This document shows positions 51,183 through 59,889 of a stretch of DNA of 64,000 nucleotides, piece after piece (positions within the stretch are counted from its first letter, which is position 1; every line of letters starts with the position of its first letter). The stretch covers positions 160,001 to 224,000 of the forward strand of contig CAWGBN010000002.1 of the NCBI GenBank assembly GCA_963820825.1. Direction: 5' to 3'. The stretch comes from Vulcanimicrobiota bacterium (GTDB lineage Bacteria; Vulcanimicrobiota; Vulcanimicrobiia; Vulcanimicrobiales; Vulcanimicrobiaceae). A program made the position numbers and the translations under genes. A model generated the notes under the pieces. The model worked only from the letters and a program-made list of their open reading frames with translations. It searched no databases and was not told the origin of the DNA.

Positions 51183-52999
51183 CGCGCGAGCGCCTGACTT
51201 CCCAGCGTCTGCACGTTGACGCCGTTTGCGGTGAGGATCGTTCCATCGACCCGCTCGATCTCGACGATCGATTGATTCAGTTGCGTTTGCGCCTGCAGCT
51301 CGCGCAGCCGCGCTTCGTCGAGCTGCACTTGGCGCTGAAGCACCAGGAACGTCGTCGAGGCGCCCTTATGGAACTTGCGGACTTCGCTTGCATAGACCGA
51401 GTCGGCCGACTCGCGCGAGGTGCGCGCGGCATCGAGCTTGGAGAGCGCGGATTGATAGCTCTGCAACGCGTTGCGCGCTTCGGCGCCGATGCGCTCGTAG
51501 ACGCCCTGCATCAGCAGCTCGGCCTGCGTCGTCTCCTCGCCGGCGAGGCCGCGAAGACCCTTGGCGACGTGGCCTTGAATCGGATAGCCGACGATCAGCG
51601 CGATATTGAACGTGGGGAAGTAGCCGGCCCACATATTGTGATAGGCCCAGGCCATCGCGCCCTGTGTGTTCGGCGGCGGCGTCGGGCATGCGAGCAGGTT
51701 CTCCGAGCTGCAGAAGCTGTTAATGAACCGCGGAACCGGCGCGGGGATGCCGGCGAAGCCGCCGCTCTCGTACTGCATCTGCAGATCGGCCTGCGGCAAC
51801 GACTGGTTCTTTGCATAGGCTGCGTCGATCGCCGCAGCGAGGCGTTTATCTGCGGCTTGCCGGACCTCGGGCCGGTTCGCTCGGCCTCGTGCGACGACGC
51901 TCGCGAGGTCGTTCGCGCTCGGCAGCTCTTGGGTCGAGGTCGACGGCACTAAGTTCGCGTTCCAGATCGGATCCTGCGCGTTCGACGCGACGAAGCTCTT
52001 GAGCTGATTCTGCAGCTCCGAAACCCGCTGCAGCGCCATGAAGACGTTGTCTTGAAAGTTCGAGACCTGCGTCTGCGACTCGACCGCGTCGATCGGCGCC
52101 GCCGCGCCGCGCCGGGCGAGCCGAACGTTGCTCTGCTGCTGCGCGATCGCTTCCTTGAGCGCTTCTTCTTGGATCGCGACGTTGCGCCAGGCCGAGACGA
52201 GATCCCAATATGTCGTCTCGACCTGCGAGAGGGTGCTCGACGCGTCGACCAGCGTCTGAGCGACGCCGGAATCGGCATTGACGATTGCGAGCTTCAGTTG
52301 GCGTCTGGTCGAATTCAGACCGAGGTTCTTGAGCAGCGGCTGGGTGACCGCGAGATTGAGCGTCGCCGAATAGTATGGGTTGAACGCATCGAAGAGGGTG
52401 TTGTTGTAGGTGCGGCTCTGTTGGATCTGAGCCTGATAGGCGCCGCCGCTCTCTGCCTGCCCGCTCACGCCGTACTGAAAGCCGGATTGATGTTGAATGA
52501 CGTTGCCCGGCGCGACGGCACTCGTCGGGTTCGATACCGGCCCGTAGGTCGCCGATTCGCCCGGACCCGCGGCCAAGAAGTTCTGCGGCGGATTCACCGA
52601 GTAGTTCGACGTCGGTTCTAAGTGAAGCGCGACGTCGTAGGCGCCCTTCGTCTGGACCACGTTATAATGCGCGACCCGGAAGTTCGAAGCCGAGATCGCG
52701 AGGTTATTATTCTTGATCAGCGCCATCGCAATCGCGTCCTGCAATGAGATGCCGACGAAGGGTTGCGCTGTAACGCCGACGATGCGCGCACCGCTCGGCT
52801 GCGCCTGCGGGGCGCGATAACCCGGCGCGACGCTCGGCACCGGGGGCATCATCAGCGTCGGAATCGTCGTTGGAATGACGACGTGGTTCGGGAGCGTATC
52901 GCCGGGCTGGGCCGAGGTACGCTGCAGCGGCAGCGTCGCCATGGCGAGCGCCGCGACGGCAAAGAATGCGAAGAAGGCGCGGCTGCGTCGCACGATCAC
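51179..52999 (-). CDS. TolC-family outer membrane factor, paralogue 1
   Basis: Same motifs; GTGA overlap with the MFS gene. Confidence 0.92.
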   Translation of the reverse strand: MIVRRSRAFFAFFAVAALAMATLPLQRTSAQPGDTLPNHVVIPTTIPTLMMPPVPSVAPGYRAPQAQPSGARIVGVTAQPFVGISLQDAIAMALIKNNNLAISASNFRVAHYNVVQTKGAYDVALHLEPTSNYSVNPPQNFLAAGPGESATYGPVSNPTSAVAPGNVIQHQSGFQYGVSGQAESGGAYQAQIQQSRTYNNTLFDAFNPYYSATLNLAVTQPLLKNLGLNSTRRQLKLAIVNADSGVAQTLVDASSTLSQVETTYWDLVSAWRNVAIQEEALKEAIAQQQSNVRLARRGAAAPIDAVESQTQVSNFQDNVFMALQRVSELQNQLKSFVASNAQDPIWNANLVPSTSTQELPSANDLASVVARGRANRPEVRQAADKRLAAAIDAAYAKNQSLPQADLQMQYESGGFAGIPAPVPRFINSFCSSENLLACPTPPPNTQGAMAWAYHNMWAGYFPTFNIALIVGYPIQGHVAKGLRGLAGEETTQAELLMQGVYERIGAEARNALQSYQSALSKLDAARTSRESADSVYASEVRKFHKGASTTFLVLQRQVQLDEARLRELQAQTQLNQSIVEIERVDGTILTANGVNVQTLGSQALAR

Positions 53000-54534
53000 T
53001 CCGCGATCGCGACGCCGATGCGCGGTCGCCGCAGCAAGAGCACGAGCGGTGCGAGTCCCAGCGTGATCACCGCAACCCAGCGCGAGGTATCGGCATAGGA
53101 TTCGACCGCCGACTGCGACTCGACGAGAATCGTTAGGCGCTGCATCGCGCGGCGGTTCTGCGTGCCGCCTTGCCTGAGCACGTACTGCTCGGTCGGCGCG
53201 TGCGCGAGGTTCTGCGTGCCGGCAAGCTCGGTCTGATGAATCGTAAAGCCGCGCACCAAGAGCGTGATCAAGATCGCCGCCGCGACGCTTCCCCCAATTT
53301 GACGCGAAAGGTTGAAGAACGCCGCGGTCGAGGGAACTTCCTTATCGGGGACGCTGCCGATGACCGCGACCGAGAGCGGGACGAAGATCTGTGCGAGCCC
53401 GATGCCGCTGAGAATCAACGGAAAGACCAGGCTATGGAAGTCGGAGAGCGGCGTCGTGATGCTTCCCAGCATCCAGTTCGAGATCGAGAGCAGCACGAAG
53501 CCGATCGCCGCCTGAAGGCGCGGATCGACGAGGCCGCGCTGCGTCAGGATCGCGGTGAACGGCGTAAAGCAGAGCACCGCTCCGGCACGGATCATGACCG
53601 TCGCCCCGGAGAGCGTCGCCGTAAATCCAAGCGAGTTGATGAGATACTGCGGCAGAATGATGATCGAACCGTAGAGGCTGACGCCCAAGACTGCGCCGAG
53701 CACGCTCCCCGCCGCGACCTGGCGAAGGCGCAAGACGCGCAGGTCGACGACCGGGATTTTTGAGCGAAGCGTCCACCAGACGAACGACGCAAGGCCGGCG
53801 ATCGAGAGAAAGGTGAACCAGCGGATTCGCGCATCGTCGAACCAGTCGTACTGCTGGCCGTTCTCGAGCACGAACTGCATCGAACCCAGCCCGATGCACA
53901 TCAGAATCAAGCCGATCCAATCGAGCCGCCGATATTGCGGCTCGGCGGGATTGCGCAGGAAGTTCCAGATCAGCGTGGCGGCGATGATACCGATCGGAAT
54001 GTTGATGAAAAAGATCCAGTGCCAGTTCCAGTTGTCGGTGATCCATCCGCCGATGACCGGGCCCAGCGCCGGGCCGACGATTACGCCGAGGGCGAAGACG
54101 CCCTGGGCCTTCCCTTGCTCTTTGATGCCGTAAGTGTCGCGCAGAATCGCTTGCGAGGTGGCGATCAGTCCGCCGCCGCCCAAACCTTGAATCAGCCGCC
54201 AGAAGACGAGCTGGCCAAAGGTATTCGAAAGACCGCACATCAGCGACGCGATCGTGAAGATGACGATCGAACTGAAGAAGTATTGCCGGCGGCCGAAGCG
54301 GGCGGCGAACCAGGGGTTGAGCGGAATCACCACGACGTTGGCGATGAGGTAGGCCGTTACGACCCACGCGCCGAGATCGACGCCGACGCCGAAGTTTCCC
54401 TGAATGTTCGGCAGAGAAACGTTGACGATCGTGACGTCGATAATCTCCAGCAGCGTCGCGGTGATGACCGCAATGCTGATAACGGTCCTGCGCCAGCCGT
54501 GCTCGACGACTGGACTCTCGTACGCCGCGAACAA
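52996..54534 (-). CDS. DHA2-family MFS efflux permease (EmrB-like)
   Basis: LEIIDVTIVNVSLP, WVVTAYLIA, RFGRR, GPALGPVIGGWITDN..WHWIFFINIPIG. Confidence 0.95.
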   Translation of the reverse strand: MFAAYESPVVEHGWRRTVISIAVITATLLEIIDVTIVNVSLPNIQGNFGVGVDLGAWVVTAYLIANVVVIPLNPWFAARFGRRQYFFSSIVIFTIASLMCGLSNTFGQLVFWRLIQGLGGGGLIATSQAILRDTYGIKEQGKAQGVFALGVIVGPALGPVIGGWITDNWNWHWIFFINIPIGIIAATLIWNFLRNPAEPQYRRLDWIGLILMCIGLGSMQFVLENGQQYDWFDDARIRWFTFLSIAGLASFVWWTLRSKIPVVDLRVLRLRQVAAGSVLGAVLGVSLYGSIIILPQYLINSLGFTATLSGATVMIRAGAVLCFTPFTAILTQRGLVDPRLQAAIGFVLLSISNWMLGSITTPLSDFHSLVFPLILSGIGLAQIFVPLSVAVIGSVPDKEVPSTAAFFNLSRQIGGSVAAAILITLLVRGFTIHQTELAGTQNLAHAPTEQYVLRQGGTQNRRAMQRLTILVESQSAVESYADTSRWVAVITLGLAPLVLLLRRPRIGVAIAE

Positions 54535-54537
54535 GGT

Positions 54538-55815
54538 CTATTTTACCTTGACGTAGGTCTCGACGCTCATTCCGGGACGCAGCGGCATGTCGGAGCGCTG
54601 ATCGTCGACCTCGATGCGCACCGGAATGCGCTGGGTCACCTTGACGAAGTTTCCGCTGGCGTTCTGCGCCGGTACGAGCGCGTACGTATTCTCCGAGGCG
54701 GGATTGATCGACGCGACGTGTCCGTGGAACGTCACGCCCTTATAGGCATCGACGCGAATGTCGACGGGCTGGCCGACCCGCATCCGCCCCATCTGCGTCT
54801 CCTTATAGTTGGCGGTGATGTATACGCGGTGTGGGACGATCGTCAGCAGCGTAATTCCCGCGCCGATCGTCTGACCGACCTCGGCGCTCTTCTCGCCGAT
54901 ATAACCGTCGGTCGACGCGTGAATCCGCGTGTAATTGAGGCTCTGTTTGGCGAGATAGAGCTGCGCGCCGGCAGCCTCGACTTGGCTTGGGTCGGAGGCT
55001 TGCGCGAGCTTTCCTTGCGCGGTCGTCAGTGCGCCCGAGGCTTCGGCCACGCCGGCGCTCGCCGCGGAGACGCGTCCTTGCGCGGCCGCGACGGTCGCTT
55101 CGGCCAGATTGACTTGATCCTGTGCCCCACGGAGCTGCGCCGCCGCTCCCGCGGCTTGCGCGCGAACCGCATCGAGCTGCTGTGAGGCGACGTCGCCGGT
55201 GCTCACCAGCGAGCTGACGCGCCGGTAGTCGGCTTGCGCCTTGTTGTAGGCTTCCTGCGCCGCGGGAACTTGCGCTTGCGCCGCGTGGAGCTGCGCGTTC
55301 GCCTGCGCAACGGCGTCTTGGGCGACCGGCACCTGCGCCTGAACGTTCGCGACCGCGCCGCTGGCCTGCGAAACGCCGCCTTGACCCTGCTGCGTGGTCG
55401 CTCGTTGGTTGGCGACCGCGAGATCATACTGCGCCTGCGCCGCGCGCAGCTTGGCGAGCTCGTCCTTGTTGTCGAGAACGATCAAGAGCTGCCCGCGCGT
55501 AACGAGCTGGTTGGTATCGACGAGAATCTTGTCGATCCGCTCGGGGATCTTACTGGTGACCGCCACCTCGTCGGCAGCGACGTGGGCATCGTCGGTGCCC
55601 TCGTGCGAGAGCATAAAGTTCAGCCACGGCACGCCCCAGACCAGCGCGATCGCGAGCACGATCACGGCGCCCGCGATAAGAAAGACGCGCTTGCGCGGCC
55701 GTCCGGCCGGCTCGTCGGCATCGGGCCGGCGCCGTTCGCCGGCGGGAGCGACTCCCGCCCCGTTTCCCTTCGGATCCGTGGCGGTTTTCTGTTGATCGAC
55801 CTCTCGCGTATCCAT
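54538..55815 (-). CDS. HlyD/EmrA-family periplasmic adaptor
   Basis: TDDAHV, long coiled coil, ANYKETQ, PAQNASGNFVKVTQRIPVRI, LRPGMSV. Confidence 0.95.
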   Translation of the reverse strand: MDTREVDQQKTATDPKGNGAGVAPAGERRRPDADEPAGRPRKRVFLIAGAVIVLAIALVWGVPWLNFMLSHEGTDDAHVAADEVAVTSKIPERIDKILVDTNQLVTRGQLLIVLDNKDELAKLRAAQAQYDLAVANQRATTQQGQGGVSQASGAVANVQAQVPVAQDAVAQANAQLHAAQAQVPAAQEAYNKAQADYRRVSSLVSTGDVASQQLDAVRAQAAGAAAQLRGAQDQVNLAEATVAAAQGRVSAASAGVAEASGALTTAQGKLAQASDPSQVEAAGAQLYLAKQSLNYTRIHASTDGYIGEKSAEVGQTIGAGITLLTIVPHRVYITANYKETQMGRMRVGQPVDIRVDAYKGVTFHGHVASINPASENTYALVPAQNASGNFVKVTQRIPVRIEVDDQRSDMPLRPGMSVETYVKVK

Positions 55816-56439
55816 TTACGAGTTCCTTACCCCATTGAGAAAAACGTCGATGTAGAATCGAAGCGCCTCGTCGGGCTCGCCCCGGTGAAGCACGGAATCG
55901 GGAAATTTCTTGCGGCCCAGCGCGTGCATGAAGACGAAACCCAAGAAGATCATGGCCAGCTTCTGCGGCTCCCCCCGCAGCTCGCCCGTTTCGATCCGGC
56001 GGCGCATGAACTCGGTGAGAACGGCGAGGATCGCGAGTTGCGGACGCCATGCCGTCTCGGCGAAAATATCGCTCTCGTACTCTTGCTCGACGAGCGACCA
56101 GCGTATGATGTCGCCGAGCGCGATAAACCGGGCAAACATCAGCCGCGCGATTGCGAGCAGATCCTCGGAGAGCTCACCGGTCAGCCCGGCGGCTACGCCG
56201 GCAAGCTCGAGATACCCGCAAAAATGCTGGGCGCAGGCGACCAAGAGCGACTCTTTCGTGCCGAAGTGGCGAAAGAGCGTCGCTTCGTTGACGCCGGCGA
56301 CTTCGGCGATCTCCCGCGTCGTCGCGCCTCGTTTACCCTTGCGGCCGATGACCTCGCGCGCCGCGACTAAAATCCGCTCGCGCGTCTCCTCGGGCGATGC
56401 CGAACGCCCGCCCTCGACGAGTCTCTTCGTCTCGATCAT
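55816..56439 (-). CDS. TetR/AcrR-family regulator
   Basis: TRERILVAA..GATTREIAEVAGVNEATLFRHFGTKESL. Confidence 0.95.
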   Translation of the reverse strand: MIETKRLVEGGRSASPEETRERILVAAREVIGRKGKRGATTREIAEVAGVNEATLFRHFGTKESLLVACAQHFCGYLELAGVAAGLTGELSEDLLAIARLMFARFIALGDIIRWSLVEQEYESDIFAETAWRPQLAILAVLTEFMRRRIETGELRGEPQKLAMIFLGFVFMHALGRKKFPDSVLHRGEPDEALRFYIDVFLNGVRNS

Positions 56440-57116
56440 GGCAAGGCGTTCCCGTTGGAGATCGAAACGTTCGTCTGGTAAGTGCCGTACGTGGCATCGG
56501 CCGCCGCGCGTACGTGCGGGATGCTAATCGTCGCGTGCTGTTGCGAAACGACGCGATAGGATCCCTCTTCGCGATACTGCTGGGTCATCGTGATCTTGCC
56601 GCCGCTGGTGTAATACCATTCCATTTGGAGCAGTGTGTAGTCGTAGGGATCGACGTAGACCAGCGTATGATCCAGGATGTCGCTGTGGATCTTCTTGGTC
56701 ATGCGCAAGACGAGGGCCGGACGATCTCCGAGCCACGCCGTTCCGTCGATGGTGATGTTCTGATCCTTCTGCCAGGCGCGAGGGTTGCCGATGTCGTTGA
56801 AGAGCCGCTGAAATCCTCGCGCGTAACTCGGCATCCGGTCGAAGACGACGACGTAAAAGTCGGGCCGTTGATAGTACGAGGTTCCGTCGAGCTTCGGGGC
56901 GAGAAAGGGAAAACTATACATGTGGACGTCGACGTGAACGCGCGCCTTGTACGATCGCAGCGTCGGGTTGTGCGCAGCCATGCGCTCCACCACCGTCCGC
57001 GCGTCGAGCGGTACCGGGACCCCATCGGCTGCCGTACCAATTCCGAGCGTCGCCGCGAGGACGGCGCTCGAGCTGAGGCAGAGGAGCAGCGAGCGAAAAG
57101 TGCCTGGAAGGTTCAT
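56436..57116 (-). CDS. Secreted protein with probable LolA/MucB-like fold
   Basis: Signal peptide; YYQRPD, LVYVDPYDYTLLQMEWYY, TYGTYQTNV pattern; ATGA overlap with tetR. Confidence 0.65.
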   Translation of the reverse strand: MNLPGTFRSLLLCLSSSAVLAATLGIGTAADGVPVPLDARTVVERMAAHNPTLRSYKARVHVDVHMYSFPFLAPKLDGTSYYQRPDFYVVVFDRMPSYARGFQRLFNDIGNPRAWQKDQNITIDGTAWLGDRPALVLRMTKKIHSDILDHTLVYVDPYDYTLLQMEWYYTSGGKITMTQQYREEGSYRVVSQQHATISIPHVRAAADATYGTYQTNVSISNGNALP

Positions 57117-57123
57117 GCGCTGG

Positions 57124-57143
57124 GTGCAAGTGGGTACTTGCAC
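57124..57143. promoter_or_regulatory. Probable TetR operator
   Basis: Perfect inverted repeat GTGCAAGT-GGGT-ACTTGCAC; related TGCAAG-TG-CTTGCA at 57172-57185. Confidence 0.75.
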
Positions 57144-57147
57144 GCGC

Positions 57148-57176
57148 AGTCTAGCATGGCTCTCCTCTGAATGCAA
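57148..57176 (-). promoter_or_regulatory. Sigma70 promoter of the efflux operon
   Basis: TTGCAT-17 bp-TAGACT with extended TGn -10, flanked by both palindromes. Confidence 0.75.
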
Positions 57177-57201
57177 GTGCTTGCACGCACCTGCCTGATT
57201 C

Positions 57202-57564
57202 CTACATTGAAGGGTCGGAGCTCTTTCGGTGCCGGTGCTGCTCCGCGCCGCCGCCCGCCGGACGGAAGCCTTGCTGCTTGGCCTGCGCGGGGCAGAGGTA
57301 CTCGCCGTGCTTGGTCTTGCCGTAGAGCGGGTCGCTCGGCTCGTGATAGACCTTGGTATTGAGGTTCACCCAGACCGCCTGAACCGCCCCGCAGTTCGGG
57401 ACCGGCCCTGCGCCGTTTTCGGCGCCCGGCGTCGCCGGCTCTGTCGAAGCGGCCGCAGTCGTCTCCGTGGCGGTTGCGCTCTTCGACTTAGCGCCGCCGC
57501 AGGCCGAGACGCCGAGGACCGCAATTGCGACCAGCCAGATCGAAGCGAGAGTGCGTTTCTTCAT
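57202..57564 (-). CDS. Small lipoprotein with C..VWVN..VYH..YGKTKHG.YLC domain
   Basis: Lipobox VSAC; paralogous to neighbour. Confidence 0.8.
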   Translation of the reverse strand: MKKRTLASIWLVAIAVLGVSACGGAKSKSATATETTAAASTEPATPGAENGAGPVPNCGAVQAVWVNLNTKVYHEPSDPLYGKTKHGEYLCPAQAKQQGFRPAGGGAEQHRHRKSSDPSM

Positions 57565-57595
57565 GGGCGGAGGTTCGCGACGGCGATGCCGCCGC

Positions 57596-57901
57596 CTACG
57601 GCCGGTTCTTAAAGGGACGCCCCGCCGGACGGTAGCCTTCGGCGTGCGCCTCCGACTGACAGAGATATCGCCCGTGCTTCGTCTTGCCGTAGAGCCGGTC
57701 GCCGGGAGCCAAATACACCTTCGGATTCTGCAAGGCCCAGACCGGAGATGCACCCCCGCAATTCATCGCGGCCGCTTCGGTCGCGGCTGCGGATGCCGCC
57801 GCCGAGGGCTGCGGCGAACCGGCCCCACTCGATTTTCCGCTCGCGCACGCAGTGAGTGCGGCGAGTGCGATTGCGGCCAGCGCGGCCGTCGACTTACTCA
57901 T
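57596..57901 (-). CDS. Small lipoprotein, paralogue of 57202-57564
   Basis: Lipobox LTAC; NCGG..VW...KVY..GDRLYGKTKHGRYLC..A..EGYRPA. Confidence 0.8.
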   Translation of the reverse strand: MSKSTAALAAIALAALTACASGKSSGAGSPQPSAAASAAATEAAAMNCGGASPVWALQNPKVYLAPGDRLYGKTKHGRYLCQSEAHAEGYRPAGRPFKNRP

Positions 57902-57992
57902 GCTCGCCCGATTTCACGCAACGGCAGACGGAAACCCGCTGCACCGTGGCCGCCGACGGTATTGGCCGCACTCCCCGAGAAGAGCACGCACG

Positions 57993-58622
57993 ATGAAGCA
58001 GTTGCGTCTCTCGGCGGTTTTCGCACCGGCTCTGGCGATCCTTACCCTCGCTGCGTGCGGTCATCACGCGGCGAACGTGACGACGCGCAGCGCGGGCACG
58101 GGCGCGGCGACGCAGGGAGGGAGTACGATCGTTGCCGCCGGCACGGTCTACTACGGAAAGCTCGCGGCGCCGATCGGCACGAAGACGAGCAAAGACGGAG
58201 ACGCCTTCGCGATCGACGAAACGCGCGCGAGCGACCCGTCGCTGCGCGGTGCGGCGATAGACGGGCACGTCGAGGGCGTAGCGCCGGCAGGGCCGATGCG
58301 CAATCCGAAGATGACGGTCGTCTTCGACGATATTCGAATGGCCGATGGTTCGAAGGCGCCGGTCGACGTGGAGCTGATCGATTTTCGCGCATTCTCACCG
58401 CGCGCGCACCATCTGCGAACGATCGGTCTGATGATCGCGGGCGCAATCGCCGGCCACGAGGTCGCTAAGCGAACCGGTAAACGCCACGGCGCGCTGCTCG
58501 GCGCGGCGAGCGGCTACGCGCTCTCACAAGGCCTGAAGACCGATATCGTGGTTCCCGCCGGTACCCTGCTCGAGCTGCGATTCAAATCGCCGGTGACGAC
58601 GAGCGCAGCCGCTTCGCAATAG
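57993..58622 (+). CDS. Lipoprotein with C-terminal glycine-zipper-like segment
   Basis: Lipobox LAAC; IAGAIAG..GALLGAASG; DIVVPAGT. Confidence 0.75.
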   Translation: MKQLRLSAVFAPALAILTLAACGHHAANVTTRSAGTGAATQGGSTIVAAGTVYYGKLAAPIGTKTSKDGDAFAIDETRASDPSLRGAAIDGHVEGVAPAGPMRNPKMTVVFDDIRMADGSKAPVDVELIDFRAFSPRAHHLRTIGLMIAGAIAGHEVAKRTGKRHGALLGAASGYALSQGLKTDIVVPAGTLLELRFKSPVTTSAAASQ

Positions 58623-59889
58623 CGGCGGCCGTCTCGCGCGCGCGCCGCATCAGCTCCGACGGCTCGCCCACGTAGACGCGCTTTCCCGCAACGAAGGTTG
58701 CCTGCACCCACGCGTCCTCTCCCCGATAGATCAGTGCGTTGAGCGGCGGCGACCACGGGTCGATGCTCGACGCGTCGATCACCACATAGTCGGCCGGGGC
58801 TCCGGCGACGAGATCGCCGCCGGCGACGCGCAACGCGCGCGCGCCTTGCGCCGTCCCGAGCGCATAGGCTTGCGACGCCGGAAGCGCCGCGCCGTCAAGG
58901 TACTTGATCTTCTGCAGCAGGGCGGTCGCGCGCATCTCGGCAATCAGCGAGGGACGCACGTCCGCATCGGTTCCTAGGCCCATCGTAACGCCCGCTGACT
59001 GCAGACGCGAGACGTCGCAAATTCCATCACCCAGATACTGATTCGTCATCGGATTGTGGATGACGCGCGCGCCGCTGCCGGCGAGACGAGCGTAGTCGCC
59101 GTCGCCGAGATAGATCGCGTGAATCGCAACGCAGCGCCCGTTCAATGCGCCCAGCTCCTCGAGCATCGCGATGGGCGTCCGGCCGTAATCGCGCAGCGTC
59201 TGCTCGCCCTCGTACGCCGCCTCGGCGACGTGCACGTGGAGCATGCAATCGTACTCGCGCGCAAACTCCGCCGCGGCCCGGATCATCGCGTGCGAGGCGG
59301 CGTGGAGCGAGTGCGGCGCGACGCAGACGTTCGCCTCGGGGTAGCGCTGCATCAACTCCCGCGTTCGCTCGGCGGCGGTCTCCGCGTCTTCGCGAAACTC
59401 GACCGGCGCGTAATCGGCGTCCATCCACGTGCGGGCGAGAACGAGTCGAATGCCGGCGTCGCGGGCCGCGCGGATCGCCGCCTCGGCGGGCCCGTTGCCG
59501 GTGCCGTTGAGATAGAAGAACTCGGCAACGGTGGTGATCCCGGCCGCGAGCATCTCGGAGAATGCCAAGACGAAACTCCAGTAGACGTCGTCGGGACTCA
59601 GGCGGGGGACGATGCGATAGAGTGCGTCGCTGCGCCACTTGGTAAAGGGCCAATCGTCGGCCCAGCCGCGAAGCAGCACTTGATAGGCGTGGCTGTGGCC
59701 GTTGATAAAGCCCGGAACGACGAGCCGGTCGGCCGGAAAGGTCCGCGACGCGAGATTCTTCGCGCTCGCGCGGACGTCGGCAAAATCCCCCGCGGCCACG
59801 ATCGCACCGTCGCGCACGACGAAGGCGTAATCTTCGCGCAGTTCCCCCGAAACCAGCGCACGCGCCGCGCGAACGAGCTCGCCGCTCAA
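58582..59889 (-). CDS. Amidohydrolase, probable formimidoylglutamate deiminase (HutF-like)
   Basis: PGFINGHSHAYQ, EMLAAGITTVAEFFYL, APHSL, HVHVAE, LGTD; third gene of hut operon. Confidence 0.75.
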   Translation of the reverse strand: MSGELVRAARALVSGELREDYAFVVRDGAIVAAGDFADVRASAKNLASRTFPADRLVVPGFINGHSHAYQVLLRGWADDWPFTKWRSDALYRIVPRLSPDDVYWSFVLAFSEMLAAGITTVAEFFYLNGTGNGPAEAAIRAARDAGIRLVLARTWMDADYAPVEFREDAETAAERTRELMQRYPEANVCVAPHSLHAASHAMIRAAAEFAREYDCMLHVHVAEAAYEGEQTLRDYGRTPIAMLEELGALNGRCVAIHAIYLGDGDYARLAGSGARVIHNPMTNQYLGDGICDVSRLQSAGVTMGLGTDADVRPSLIAEMRATALLQKIKYLDGAALPASQAYALGTAQGARALRVAGGDLVAGAPADYVVIDASSIDPWSPPLNALIYRGEDAWVQATFVAGKRVYVGEPSELMRRARETAAAIAKRLRSSSPAI

